NCBI GenBank assembly: GCA_950097015.1
Contig: CATNEN010000001.1
Span: 8,122,001 to 8,186,000 of the forward strand
Reading direction: 5' to 3'
Length of the DNA: 64,000 nucleotides
Source: Macrostomum hystrix
Lineage: Eukaryota; Animalia; Platyhelminthes
Position numbers and translations under genes: made by a program. Positions 1 to 13,600 of the stretch are shown here, in pieces. The notes under the pieces are model-generated. The model was given only the letters and a program-made list of their open reading frames with translations. It searched no databases and was not told where the DNA came from. Each line of letters starts with the position of its first letter. The stretch's first letter is position 1.

Positions 1-1154
1 CCAGCTCAATTTATTGATTTAACTTCAAGCTTTAGCTTCATTCTTAACTTCTCGTCTCTTCAACTTCGTCTTTGGGTGGGTGAACATCGTAGATTTAAAG
101 CCCGTCGAAGGGAGAGATAAGAGCCTACGACTAGCATGCGTACATTCAATGTACATCGATTGCAAGGAACAACACAGCTTTATCGGCCAATCGAGTTTCA
201 TTTCATTTGATCTTGAATTATCAACAAATAAAGAAACCAACTGCAATTTGTATTTTAATTTTAATTTCAGAACGCAGAAACGCTTCAAAGTGCATCGGAC
301 GAAATGGAGCTATTTGCCTGCGTCAATAGGAAATTTCGTCAGATTTTTTTTCAACAGGAAGTGCAGAGGACATTTAGAACCTATGATCACCGAGAGGTTT
401 GTTTTTGAACAATTTCGATTTTTTATCTGACATATTTTTAGCTTTTCAATACAGGATTCGTAATTCAATTCCCCTGGAAGTCGAGTTTATCAATAAACGC
501 CATTAATTTCCAGTTTCAACAGGAAGACGGAGTGTCTATTGACAAAAAGATTGCGAAATACAAGCCAAAGGTTGGCTTATGCACTCGTTCATGCATCTTG
601 TTCTCTATTAAGACCGATTTCTCATTCAGTGATTTATCGAGTAGAAACTTATCTTCGATAGAAATTATGGAAATATTGTCCACAGTTAGATTTAGAAATG
701 GAAAAATGTGTGCAAGGTAAAAGCATGTACTAGCAAGAAGTGTCTATTAGGTACAGTACTATTATTAATTTATATCTTCAATATGTTTAGCCACATTTGC
801 ATATGCTCATGTATTTATAAATGCATGTTTCCTTAATTTTGATTCTATCTTAGTTTTATCAGCGCACATGCAATCACCGTGAGGGATTTTCTGACACTGA
901 TTACATATCTGTACCTGTGTTTATACACTCGAAAATGTCTTGCATTTCTTCTAAACCTCTCGTTTAATAATCTTTAAAAAGGACTTACAATTTCCTACCT
1001 TCAATAATTATCTGTCTGACAGAAATTCTATCACCTTCTATGTCTATAATGGTGTTTCAAACAGCACGCTTATAAAATGCGAGTCATAGTGAATCATCTT
1101 CTAGAATAGCATTCACTTGTCTCTCATGACTGAATAAAAGTATGCTCGGTAAAA

Positions 1155-1545
1155 AGAAATCCCTTAGATAGAAATCCCCTGGATAGAAATCCCCTGGATA
1201 GAAATCCCCTGGATATAAATCCCCTGGATATAAATCCCCTGGATAGAAATCCCCTGGATAGAAATCCCCTGGATAGAAATCCCCTGGATAGAAATCCCCT
1301 GGATAGAAATCCCCTGGATAGAAATCCCCTGGATAGAAATCCCCTGGATAGAAATCCCCTGGATAGAAATCCCCTGGATAGAAATCCCCTGGATATAAAT
1401 CCCCTGGATAGAAATCCCCTGAATAGATATCCCCTGGATGGAAATCCCCTGGATAGAAATCCCCTACATAGAAATCCCCTAGATAGAAATCCCCTAGACA
1501 GAAATCCTTGGATAGAAATCCACTAAATAGAAATCCCCCGGACAA
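1155..1545. repeat. 15-bp minisatellite (GATAGAAATCCCCTG)n
   Basis: Direct reading; explains the GDFYP-repeat ORF. Confidence 0.97.
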
Positions 1546-1625
1546 AAATCGATCAGATAATAAAACTGAATAGCAAGTCAAGCGCAATGTCTACTTGACT
1601 CCCCCATCCCACCCATGGATACCAG

Positions 1626-4600
1626 ACTGACGTGGAGAAGTGGGGCCTCGACACGCCGAGTCACGCGTTGCGCAAGCCGGCCAACTGGTTGAAGTTCGCC
1701 AAACTGCAGCCGGAGCGAAGCGTCGCCACCGAGCAGACCATGACGGAGCTGCGCCGTCGAAAACAAGTCGACGAGCTGCTCCGCTCAGCCTGCCGTTTCG
1801 CCGGCGTCAGCGACCCGGAGCGGGTCCAGGACGTCCTGCGAAGCCACGCGTCGGCGGTGGCGAATCCGCCGCATCTGCACGGCACCGCGGTGGCTACCTA
1901 TGCCAGCGGAAAGAAGACGATTGACACTTGGAGAAAGATCTATTCCAATCCGCAGATATACGAGTCAGTGTCCGCGGCTTGATATTGTTGACCCTCTCAC
2001 TCCTTACCTGTCTCATCTTTCACTCTCTCACCTGTCTCATCTTTCACTCTCCCACCTGTCTCATCTTTCACTCTCTCACCTGTCTCATCTTTCACTCTCT
2101 CACCTGTCTCATCTTTCACTCTCCCACCTGTCTCATCTTTCACTCTCTCACCTGTCTCATCATTCACTCTCTCACATTTCTCATCTTTCATGCTTTCACC
2201 TGTCTCATCTTTCACTCTCTCACCTGTCTCATCATTCACTCTCTCACATTTCTCATCTTTCACTCTCTCACCTGTCTCATCTTTCACTCTCTCGCCTGTC
2301 TCATCTTTCACTCTCTCACATGTCTCATCTTTCACTCTCTCACCTGTCTCATCTTTCACTCTCCCACCTGTCTCATCTTTCACTCTCTCACCTGTCTCAT
2401 CATTCACTCTCTCACATTTCTCATCTTTCATGCTTTCACCTGTCTCATCTTTCACTCTCTCACCTGTCTCATCATTCACTCTCTCACATTTCTCATCTTT
2501 CACTCTCTCACCTGTCTCATCATTCACTCTCTCACATTTCTCATCTTTCACTCTCTCACCTGTCTCATCTTTCACTCTCTCGCCTGTCTCATCTTTCACT
2601 CTCTCACATGTCTCATCTTTCACTCTCTCACCTGTCTCATCTTTCACTCTCTCACCTGTCTCATCTTTCACTCTCTCGCCTGTCTCATCTTTCACTCTCT
2701 CACATTTCTCATCTTTCACTCTCTCGCCTGTCTCATCATTCACTCTCTCACATTTCTCATCTTTCACTCTCTCGCCTGTCTCATCTTTCACTCTCTCACA
2801 TGTCTCATCTTTCACTCTCTCACCTGTCTCATCTTTCACTCTCTCACCTGTCTCATCTTTCACTCCTCACCTTTCTCATCCTTCTCACTCCTCACATTTC
2901 TCATGTTTCTCTTTAATTGTTTCTATTCGTCTTTCGTTTTCAGTCTTCCCTGTTTGTCTCGTCTCATTTTCTTAGAGATCAGTTATTATCCCTAACTCTC
3001 TCCCACTTGTATTGGCTGGACACTCCCATGCCCTATATTCCCCCATCTCTCGCCATTCAACCAGCGAGTCAGTCAGCTTCCAGTCCACCGGCGAGGCCAG
3101 GAAAAAGAAGCGCAGAGAAAGCTTCGACTTCAACCAGACGATGCAGTCACTGGGCCTCAATGACGCCGACTCAATGAAGGACGACCCGGCCGGGGTTCAG
3201 GGCGCCTACCTGTCCTACCTGCACCTGCGCCATTTGAAGACGCGCGACCTGAAGCGCACCTGCCTGTCCTATCTGAACTATTTCCGCTCGGTTGAACGCA
3301 CCGTCACCATCAACGATCAGGGCGTCTTCGAGGAGGGCGGCTCCGAGGAGAGATCTCCGGTTGATCACCGGGTTGGCAACGAAGCCGAAGGCTATCAGGG
3401 GGGCTCGAATCCTCTGGGTTGCCATGACTACATGTATAGCACGCCTAAAGATCACAAGTGAGATTCTGCAAAAACCGCTTTGAGATAATTGAGAAAACTA
3501 AAGCAGTAAATTCAATAATCATAACTGATTGATAATCGCTAGTTAGTCCCTAGATAGATGATCCCCTAGATAGATGATCCCCTAGATAGATGATCCCCTA
3601 GATAGATGATCCCCTAGATAGATGATCCCCTAGATAGATGATCCCCTAGATAGATGATCCCCTAGATAGATGATCCCCTAGATAGATGATCCCCTAGATA
3701 GATGATCCCCTAGATAGATGATCCCCTAGATAGATGATCCCCTAGATAGATGATCCCCTAGATAGATGATCCCCTAGATAGATGATCCCCTAGATAGATG
3801 ATCCCCTAGATAGATGATCCCCTAGATAGATGATCCCCTAGATAGATGATCCCCTAGATAGATGATCCCCTAGATAGATGATCCCCTAGATAGATGATCC
3901 CCTAGATAGATGATCCCCTAGATAGATGATCCCCTAGATAGATGATCCCCTAGATAGATGATCCCCTAGATAGATGATCCCCTAGATAGATGATCCCCTA
4001 GATAGATGATCCCCTAGATAGATGATCCCCTAGATAGATGATCCCCTAGATAGATGATCCCCTAGATAGATGATCCCCTAGATAGATGATCAACTAGATA
4101 GATGATCAACTAGATAGATGATCCCCTAGATAGATGATCCCCTAGATAGATGATCAACTAGATAGATGATCAACTAGATATTTGAATCCTAGATAGATGA
4201 TCCCATATAGATAGATGATCCCCTAGATAGATGATCCCCTAGATAGATGATCAACTAGATATTTGAATCCTAGATAGATGATCCCATATAGATAGATGAT
4301 CCTCTAGATAGATGATCCCATATAGATAGATGATCCCCTAGATAGATGATCCCCTAGATAGATGATCCCCTAGATAGATGATCCCCTAGATAGATGATCC
4401 CCTAGATAGATGATCCCCTAGATAGATGATCAACTAGATAGATGATCAACTAGATAGATGATCCCCTAGATAGATGATCCCCTAGATAGATGATCAACTA
4501 GATAGATGATCAACTAGATATTTGAATCCTAGATAGATGATCCCATATAGATAGATGATCCCCTAGATAGATGATCCCCTAGATAGATGATCAACTAGAT

Positions 4601-7600
4601 ATTTGAATCCTAGATAGATGATCCCATATAGATAGATGATCCCCTAGATAGATGATCCCCTAGATAGATGATCCCCTAGATAGATGATCCCCGAGATATA
4701 TGATCCCCTAGATAGATAACCCCCAACATAGATGATCCCCTAGATAGATGATCAACTAGATATTTGAATCCTAGACAGATGATCCCCTAGATAGATGATC
4801 CCCTAGATAGATGATCCCCTAGATAGATAACCCCCAACATAGATAATCCCCTAGATGGATAATCCACTAGATCTGGATAATCCCCTAGATAGATTATACC
4901 CTAGATAGATGATCCTCTAGATGTACAATCTATTCATAACTACCATCAATTCGAAACGATATTTCTAAAAATTCATTAGTCCTGTCTCAAACTATCGATA
5001 ATCCGCAGATACAACGAAACGGACTTCATGCGTTTTCAAGACGTAGAAAATTTCGACGACTTCTACACTCACGAAGAGGGCCGAGTCCACGTGAGAGATC
5101 ACAGGGGCTACTATGTCGTCTACGATCAGGCTATGGACGACTTGAAGTGAGTGACCAACATATTCTTTGCGAATCCAAGAAAGTTTATGAAAGAGGCAGC
5201 GACAGAATGAATTCCTGTTAGACAGAATGAGTTTCTGTTAGACAGAATGAGCTCCTGTTAGACAGAATGTGTTTCTGTTAGACAGAATGAATTCCTGTTA
5301 GACAGAATGAGTTTCTGTTAGACAGAATGAGCTCCTGTTAGACAGAATGTGTTTCTGTTAGACAGAATGAATTCCTGTTAGACAGAATGAGTTTCTGTTA
5401 GACAGAATGAGCTCCTGTTAGACAGAATGAGTTTCTGTTAGACAGAATGAGCTCCTGTTAGACAGAACGAGCTCCTGTTAGACAGAATGAGTTTCTGTTA
5501 GACAGAATGAGTTTCTGTTAGACAGAATGAGTTTCTGTAAGACAGAATGAGTTTCTGTTAGACAGAATGAGTTTCTGTTAGACAGAATGAGCTCCTGTTA
5601 GACAGAATGAGCTCCTGTTAGACAGAATGACTTCCTGTTAGACAGAATGAGCTCCTGTTAGACATAATGAGCTCCTGTTAGACAGTGCAGCCGAACCTGC
5701 GCCGCCATCTCGCAGGGGCCTTGAAGAGGACATGCTTCTCGTGGCGTCCCACTACATCCAGAAGGACCGGGACGCCATGGAAAAGTTGGCAGCTCGCCGG
5801 GCCTCAAAGTCCACCGCAGGCGGCGGCGGCGGCGGCGAAGATGACAGCGGCGACTTCGCCATCGGAAAGTACGGTCACGCGGCTGTGGACAGATTCGCCG
5901 TTGTGTTGGACATTTGGAACCAGGAGGCGCAGTTTATGCAGAGCAAGAAGGTGCGGCGTCAAACTTCAGTGACAGCCTAATACAAACCTGTCATTAATCC
6001 CAACCTGTCAATCACCCCAACGTGTCATTAACCCCAACCTGTCATTAATCCCAACGTCTCAATAATCCTACCTCTCAATAATCCTTACCTCTCAATAATC
6101 CCTACCTCTCAATAATCCCTACCTCTCAATAATCCCTACCTATCGATAATCCTTACCTCTCAATAATCCCAACCTGCTATTAATCCTAACCTGTTTTTAA
6201 TCCATATCTGTTCATCCAGGCCCTAATCGACCTGTACATGGAGGCTTATCACAACACATTCGATCGGGACGAGAAGCGAAGCCTAGCCCAGGCTATGGTG
6301 TCCCTGATCCACCGGCGGCCCAGGTACGACTTCAGCGCCGCCTACTTTCTCACAACATATCGGCTGGAGTGCACCTCGATGCGCCTGCAGGCTTCGTTGG
6401 TGCAGAAATTTATGGAGCGACAAATCAGCCAGCAGAGAGACTATGTCAACAGGCTGAACAGGGACTCCGGTTCTCAGGGCTTGCCATTGGACTTTGTGGC
6501 CAAACAGCTGGTTTCTGTGCATACCGACCAGTGAGTATTGTCTAACTCGTGCTTACACGTCATAGTCGCGAGCTGGTCGCCTAAATAGGCCACGGTGAAG
6601 GGCGATGGGGAGAGAGAGAGAGAGATAGAGGGAGGAGCCAAACTCGCCAGCCAATCCGCGCGCAGGGCAGGGTAGGCCTGATTGCGAAACACAGAAGGCT
6701 GGATAGAACTGGGGGGCACGCTGCCCAGAGCTGATTGGATCACAAAAAGGGGGGTTGGGGCAGAGCCTCGCGGAAGGGCAGAAGGGCCAGCCAATCAGCT
6801 GCGGGCCCGGGGCACACACGAAAGAGTGGGGTGGTGCTCATGCCAGTTAGTTCCAATCCGGCTCGGTTGATCAGACAGAGGGCTGTTAAAAATTAACTAC
6901 AATGTTATGACGGTGTTTTATCTGATAATTAGGTGTTTGATCTGCTAGATCTACCTATTTATCTGTTTGATCAGGATGTTTGGCCTGTCTGAAAGGGTTT
7001 TTCTTAAACGTGTTCGATAGGTTTTATCACGTGTTTGATATTCTTTATCACCTGTTAGATAGAGGTGCTTACCTGTTAGATAGGGGTCCTCACCTGTTTG
7101 ATGGGGTATTCACCTGTTATATGCATTCGTTCACCAATTAGATATAGTCGCTCACCAGTTAGATATGGGTTTTCACCTGTTAGATATTGGAGTTCACCTG
7201 TTAGATATGGAAGTTCACTTGTTAGATATGGGTTTTCACCTGTTAAATATGGGAGTTCACCTGTTAGATAAGGTTATTCACCTGTTAGATATAAGGTTAT
7301 TCACCTGTTATATAAGGTTATTCTCCTGTTAGATAAGGTTATTCACCTGTTAGATAAGGTTATTCACCTGTTAGATACGGCTAGTAACCTGTGAGATGCG
7401 CATTTATTCTACTAATATTGTACTATTCGAACCTACAAACCTGTTCGATATTAATCGAAACTGTTATAACGATATGGAACCTGCAATCGCTGCCACCTCG
7501 CAGAGCCGCATCCAAGAGCCAGTACCTGTTGGAGTTTCACCCGTCGTTGTGCGTTGTTAGTCGCCTGCCCCGAGCATTCCAGCACGCCCTGACAGAATTG

Positions 7601-10600
7601 GTTAATCTGCACCAGGCCAAGACTAGCAACGAAGAGATTCAACTCGAGCGAAGCATGTTTGAAGTGCTGCACAGAGAGTGGGACAGCCTAGATTCCCTGG
7701 GAGCGTCCTACACGCAGCAGACAAAGAATAATGTGAGAACTGTTTTTCCTTATCAACAATGCATCTATAATTCCCGATCTCTTCAATAGTTCAGCACAAT
7801 TATTAAAATTATTGTCTCTAATCATTCGATAGACGATGTTAGTTTGTTAATCACTAATCCATGGATAATCCCTAATCCATAGATAACCCCTAATCCGTTG
7901 ATAATCCCAAATCCATTGATAATCCCTAATCCACAGATAATCCTTAATGCATAAATAATCCCTAATCCATAGATAATCACCAATCAGTTGATAATCCCTA
8001 ATCCATTGATAATCCCTAATCCACAGATAATCCCTAATCCGTCGACAATTCCTTATCCGCAGATAATCCCTAATCATTGATAATCCCTAATCATTGAAAA
8101 TTCCTAATCATTGATAATCCCTAATCCATTGATAATCCGTAGTCCATGATAATCCCTAATCCACAGATAATCCTAAATGCATAAATAATCACTATCCTAA
8201 TCCACAGATACTCCCTAATCCACAGATAATACCTACTCCGTTGATAATCCCTAATCCACAGATACTCCCTAATCCACAGATAATCCCTAATCTGTTGATA
8301 ATCTCTAATCCATTTATAATCCCTAATCCATAGATAATCCGCCATCCATTAATAATTCCTAATCCACAGATAATCACTTATCCATCAATAATCCCTAATC
8401 CATAGATAATCCACTATCCGTTAATAATCCCTAATCCACAGATGATCCTAATCCATAGAAAATCCCTAATCCGTTGGTAATACCTAATCTATTAAGATTC
8501 CCTAATCAATTGATAACCTGGAATCAATCAATAATTCCCAATCAATCAATCAATCAATCAAAAGTGCCTAATCTTTCTACAGTCCTTAATCCATCGATAA
8601 TCTATCTCGATTTTTTCAATGATCCGTTTTGTTTTGAAAATTTATAATCCTTTGATAAATCCTTATCTATCAATGATCCCTAATCGTTCAATAATCTCTT
8701 CTCTAGTTCCAAAGCTTTCCTCATCAGAGTATTCCCTAACAGTGTGAATCCCTGATTTCCTCACTCAGCTATTCTCGGGCATCTTCATGGACGATCCGCA
8801 AGCGGTTGCCAATGTTGCCAAGTCGGCCATGGCCGAATCGGACAAGGCCAACGCTCGCGCCGATAAGAAGGTGCGCAAGAAGCGCCTGCTGGAATCAGCC
8901 GGTCAGGTTCTCGAGCTCGTCACCCAGCGGCATCGGCTCTGCGACCTGGCCTGGGAGTCAGAGATTCTGGCCAAAGTCTACAAGGCCATCTCCGTGGACA
9001 CCGGCTTCGGCGAATATCACGCCTTCATTCGCTACATTCAGCTGGAATCGGCCAGGCGTGTCGAAGGCGCGGAGACTGCCAAACCGCCGACTAGCATTGT
9101 CCAGGTGCTGGAGGATGACAGCGCTGTTGACAAGTGAGCGATGCAGAACTAGCTGATAAAATAGCATTTAAATATGTTTATAAATGGCTTACAATGTCAA
9201 ATGCACTTCGATATGTCTTACGTACGTCTATCTGCTTTTACATTTGCACTAACAGTAGATAGACCACTCAATTTATCCCTCTGGAGACAGACCACGCGGT
9301 AGGTGGTCGGTGGTAGAGCGGTTATCACGTTCGCCTCTCGCACCAATGTCCTTAAGTTCGTTTCCACAGCGAGGCCACATTTATTTGGGGCGCAGCCGCG
9401 GAGACAGGCTGGGGGGCTTGTCGTGCAATTTACGCCCTTGAGGGCCAACCTCCAAGGCACAGTGAGGGTGTACACTGCCTGACAATGAGAAACTCAGGGC
9501 AGATGTACACACTTGTGTGAGCATATGCCTCGTACAGTATCTGTGTGCGTGTGTGCTCAGGAGTCAGCGAAATGGGCAGAATTGCCTCCTCGCTGGCTGC
9601 GGGTCTAGTGTCACCATTGTGAGTGTGTGCCATTGCCCGCTGCCCTCCTGAAATTATTATTATTATTATTAACAGTAGGACTACCAAGCCATTTTGCCGC
9701 CCGTTTTTATACCAAGGGGGGATTTTTCCGACTTCGGCGGTCACCGACCTTTATATAGACGGAGCTGCTGGACCTTCAACAAGTGGCACAGCCGACTATG
9801 GAGTCCCTAAAGCGATTTTTTCTTTTTTCTCTAATAAAGCCTCGATATTGGCCTAAACTCAACTATTACTTGTTTAAGGTCCAGCTGCTCCGTCTAGATA
9901 AAGGTAGGTGACCACCGAAGACGGAGATGATGCATGCACATTCGGGTGACATGCTGATCAATTTTGAAGGCCTGGCAAGGCCGCACTGAGGCGCAGTGCA
10001 AATTCGTGTATAGGGGTGTATGAAATACACTAGCTCTTATGGGAAAAATCGGACCTTCGGCCAGAAACATTGAATATCTCGACGGTCTGAAGAGCTGGCG
10101 ACTTGTTTCTTGTTTCAGAAGATGCGCAACAAAAAGTTGGCCCGTGTTCTTGAGTTTCGTGTGCTTGCATTGTTCCGTTCGGGTGCAGCAAAAAAATTTT
10201 CTGGGTCCCCCCCTTGGTAGTTCAACTGTTAAGTTGAACTGTTCAACTGTTCAACTGGCGATTGGTTAAACGTTTTGCGAGTTTTAATAGGAAGAAAAAT
10301 TTTGATATTTGAAATTCCACCGTGGTCTTCTACTTTTAAAGCTTTATGTACATTGATGTATCTGGGAAGGTATAATTTACATCTACGACAGTATCGTGTT
10401 CATCAATGAATTATTACTTAAATATAGTAAGTGAATATAGTGAAGTTAAGATTCGGTATCTCTGCAATTTTCTGACAGATTTCAACCGTCTAACTATCTG
10501 CTGGCTATTCAGGAGATTGACGAAGGCCACTTGGGAAGATTCTCATTTCGATCGAAGGACTCAGTGCAGGCTGTGAGCTAGTCGATTAAGATATTAATTT

Positions 10601-13600
10601 CTTCTGATCAACAGGTAGCTTGTAGCTAAAGCTTACTTCAATCTGAACTTTCATTTCAGCTTCTAGCAGGTTCTGGAGTACTAAATCTACAAGTCGTACT
10701 GAAGCTGCAGACAGTGCATCGCAATGCTTTGAGTTCGGCCGTACTATTGGCCCACACGTGCCGTTTTGATCCTAGCGACGTTGGCAAAAGTGGACAGGGA
10801 GGGGCGCTGAAAAGGTGAGTTTTACAATTTTATTTGCAGTGCGAAATAAGTTTAGACGCTATTATAAGATTATTGAACTTAGACGTAACAGCAATAGCCT
10901 AAAAGGAGCATTAAAATGTCATAAATATTTCCAGGAATGCTTCTCTAAAACTCCAATCCAGTAGCAGCGACGCCAAAGATGTTAAAAATCAAACACCTTT
11001 GCTGCTTCAGGCGTATGTTCTGCATGTCGTTTAGCTTTCAAATTGTGTTTCTAATAGTGCATGCTTTTCGAAGCTTCGATTAGCAAAACTTGATTATAAG
11101 TGTCGTCAAATCGGGATAGCGTGATAGTTTTACGAGTACAAGCACGTGGTTACTGAGGCACTGCAACAATTGCTGTTTTAAATATTAGTTTTACTACTGT
11201 TGTCATATAATTGATTTATTCATGATTGATTTCCTTTTGCGTCAAATATTATTTTGGTGATTATGAATCGTGTTTATTTGTAGCCAGTTCTTCAAACACA
11301 CGTAACCAATTTTTGTGTTATTTTGAACTGTCCGAGTCACGGTAAGACGTCCGACTCTTTAAACGATTTTAAGAGATCAAATCCGCAGCGAGGCCACTTT
11401 AATTAACACCAGGAAGTACACAGAATCACAAAACATCGACATTGTCGAGTTAATTCATAGCCTCCCAGCCCATATGTAAGAGCTTGCACGATCCAAAGAC
11501 ACTTTAAGATTAAGATGCACTTGTTTGGTAACGGGTCGACGATGGCATCGTAAGACAATTGAAAAACACCCGCAGCGGTCGGATGTCACCAAGCGACACT
11601 CGCTCTGAGCGGTCAACCCTCACCGCCTTCTCATTTGGCGGAGGAACCTCTACAGCGGCGGCGGCGGCGGCGGCCGCAGCAACTTCGACATCGTTTCGCG
11701 CGTTTGAGAAGCAACGAAACGGCGGCCGGTTTGATCCGGAGTCCTTCTTCTCCGTACAGTTGGAGAAGACCCCGGGTAGAAATCGAATGATTAACACGTT
11801 CGCAGCTAAGAAGGACTCATCAGCAATGCTGCTAAAGAGCCAATCAGAATTGGAGAAGCTAAAACGCGAACTCATCAGCCAGTTGAGTGACGATTTCGAT
11901 CAGCGAGTTCGTCAGGCCAGCATGAGAGCCCAGCTGATTGGCTACTACAATTCCATTCGGGATAGCCTAGCCCAGATGCCGGCCATTGCTGCCGCCTATT
12001 TCATGCTGGGCGAGAAAAACGAGCCGAAACCTGAGGAAGATCCTGAATCTGTGACCGCCGATCCGAGAACGCTGAAGAAACGACCGAGGCAGCTTCTGTC
12101 GGACTCTGGGGATCTGCTGCTCAATCTCTGGTGATTTTTCTGTTTATTTATAAAACATTATATATTTTATATATACTTGATTAAGTGTCTTACTCAATGA
12201 AATTCTTTCTCACATTGTCTGGGAATCGAACGTCAGATATTTCAGGTTACGAGTTGAAAAAGTCTAACCGCTATTTTAGGCTACAACCTACGCTGCAGAG
12301 TGGTCGCTCGCACCGAGATCCTGGGGGTTGGGAGGGGGCTTGTTGTGCAATTTACATGCATGAGAATCAATCCCAATGACCAATGAGAATGTACACTGCC
12401 TGAAGACGTTAAAGTCAGGGCGGATGTACGAGTACACACCTGTGCCTAGGTACGGTATCTGTGTGCTTGGTTAACGTGTCACCGGAATTGATCACCAGAA
12501 CTTACTGAAGACGCTCTTATTGCTAATACATTGCTAGTTTTTTAATCTAAAAAATTCTTCACAACGCGTCATCCCAGGTTCATTCCGCACTACACGGATC
12601 TATTGACAATGTTCCGCGGCTTAGACGACAAGCGAGCCACCAAAGCATTGGAGAATGCGGTTCGAATTGTCGGCTCATTTCACGACATTCTGCAGTACCT
12701 GATTGGCTATTCCCAGTTGGGAACCAGCGGTAGTCGCAGCGGCGCTGCCAAGTCGGAGGAACCAACCGCTGCAGACACTGACTGGAGCGGCAGCCAGGGC
12801 CTTGGTGAGCACAATTTCAACTCTTGTAGCTTTCAATAAGACGTCTCCAGTTTCAGAGGCTCGAAGACTTTTAAAATGTTTCAAAAACCCACAAGATAAA
12901 ATATTCTCTTTTGTTCCCACTAAAATTTCGTCAAGTTGTATGCTATAATGGAGTAATGGTGACTGGGCACAAATGACAAACATGACAAAATACTTATTAG
13001 CACAAATTAGTACACATTAAGAACATTCAAAAGTTCCTATCTTCAGTAACAAAATTCGCGTCCATTTATTTGTTCGCTTGTCCTCTAACCGGATTCAGTT
13101 TCTCACAGTTTTTTTGTTTGTATGCGTGATTTAAAACATTTTCAAAGAACCTGTAGTTTGATTCAAATTTGTCTCGCGACCAATTTCAGCTTGAAGTCAG
13201 GTGAAATCGTTCAAACCTTTAGAAAAAGGTAGCCTATATTTGTTCACATGAAACTTTGTTATTCAAGCAATCACTGTCACCCGAATATTTTCCTTGCTTC
13301 ACGATCCCGCAGCATCATTGTGCATGATTAATAACTTTAAAATAACTTGTTTACTCATGTATTTCTACGTGCTGAGTTTGTGTCTCATCCCCATGCAATC
13401 ACGGTTATATTTTGTTTTGGAAGTTCTACAAACAGAATTATATTTGTATGTCACAGTTTCTTCGTGTTCACAGTAAAACAAAAAATACTATTCAAATCGA
13501 AAAGACACATTGAAAGGTTTGTTTTTTTAAATACTACTCAGTTTGAGTAGCTAAATTGCGTCTTAATAGTAATTCACTCACTTATCATATATTATGCTAA

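Noticed and set aside
1900-2995. Long ORFs (261-355 aa) in four frames
   Set aside because: Translations of the 24-bp intronic minisatellite.
9584-9660. HDV-like ribozyme in SINE A: GCCTCCTCGCTGGC matches the P3-L3-P3 segment of the genomic HDV ribozyme as I recall it
   Set aside because: In that register there is no 7-bp P1 followed by GG, no J4/2 catalytic C-R-A-A and no consistent P2 across copies. The bases are explained by the TCAGCGA/TCGCTGG hairpin. Only an RNArobo/Infernal search or a cleavage assay could revive it.
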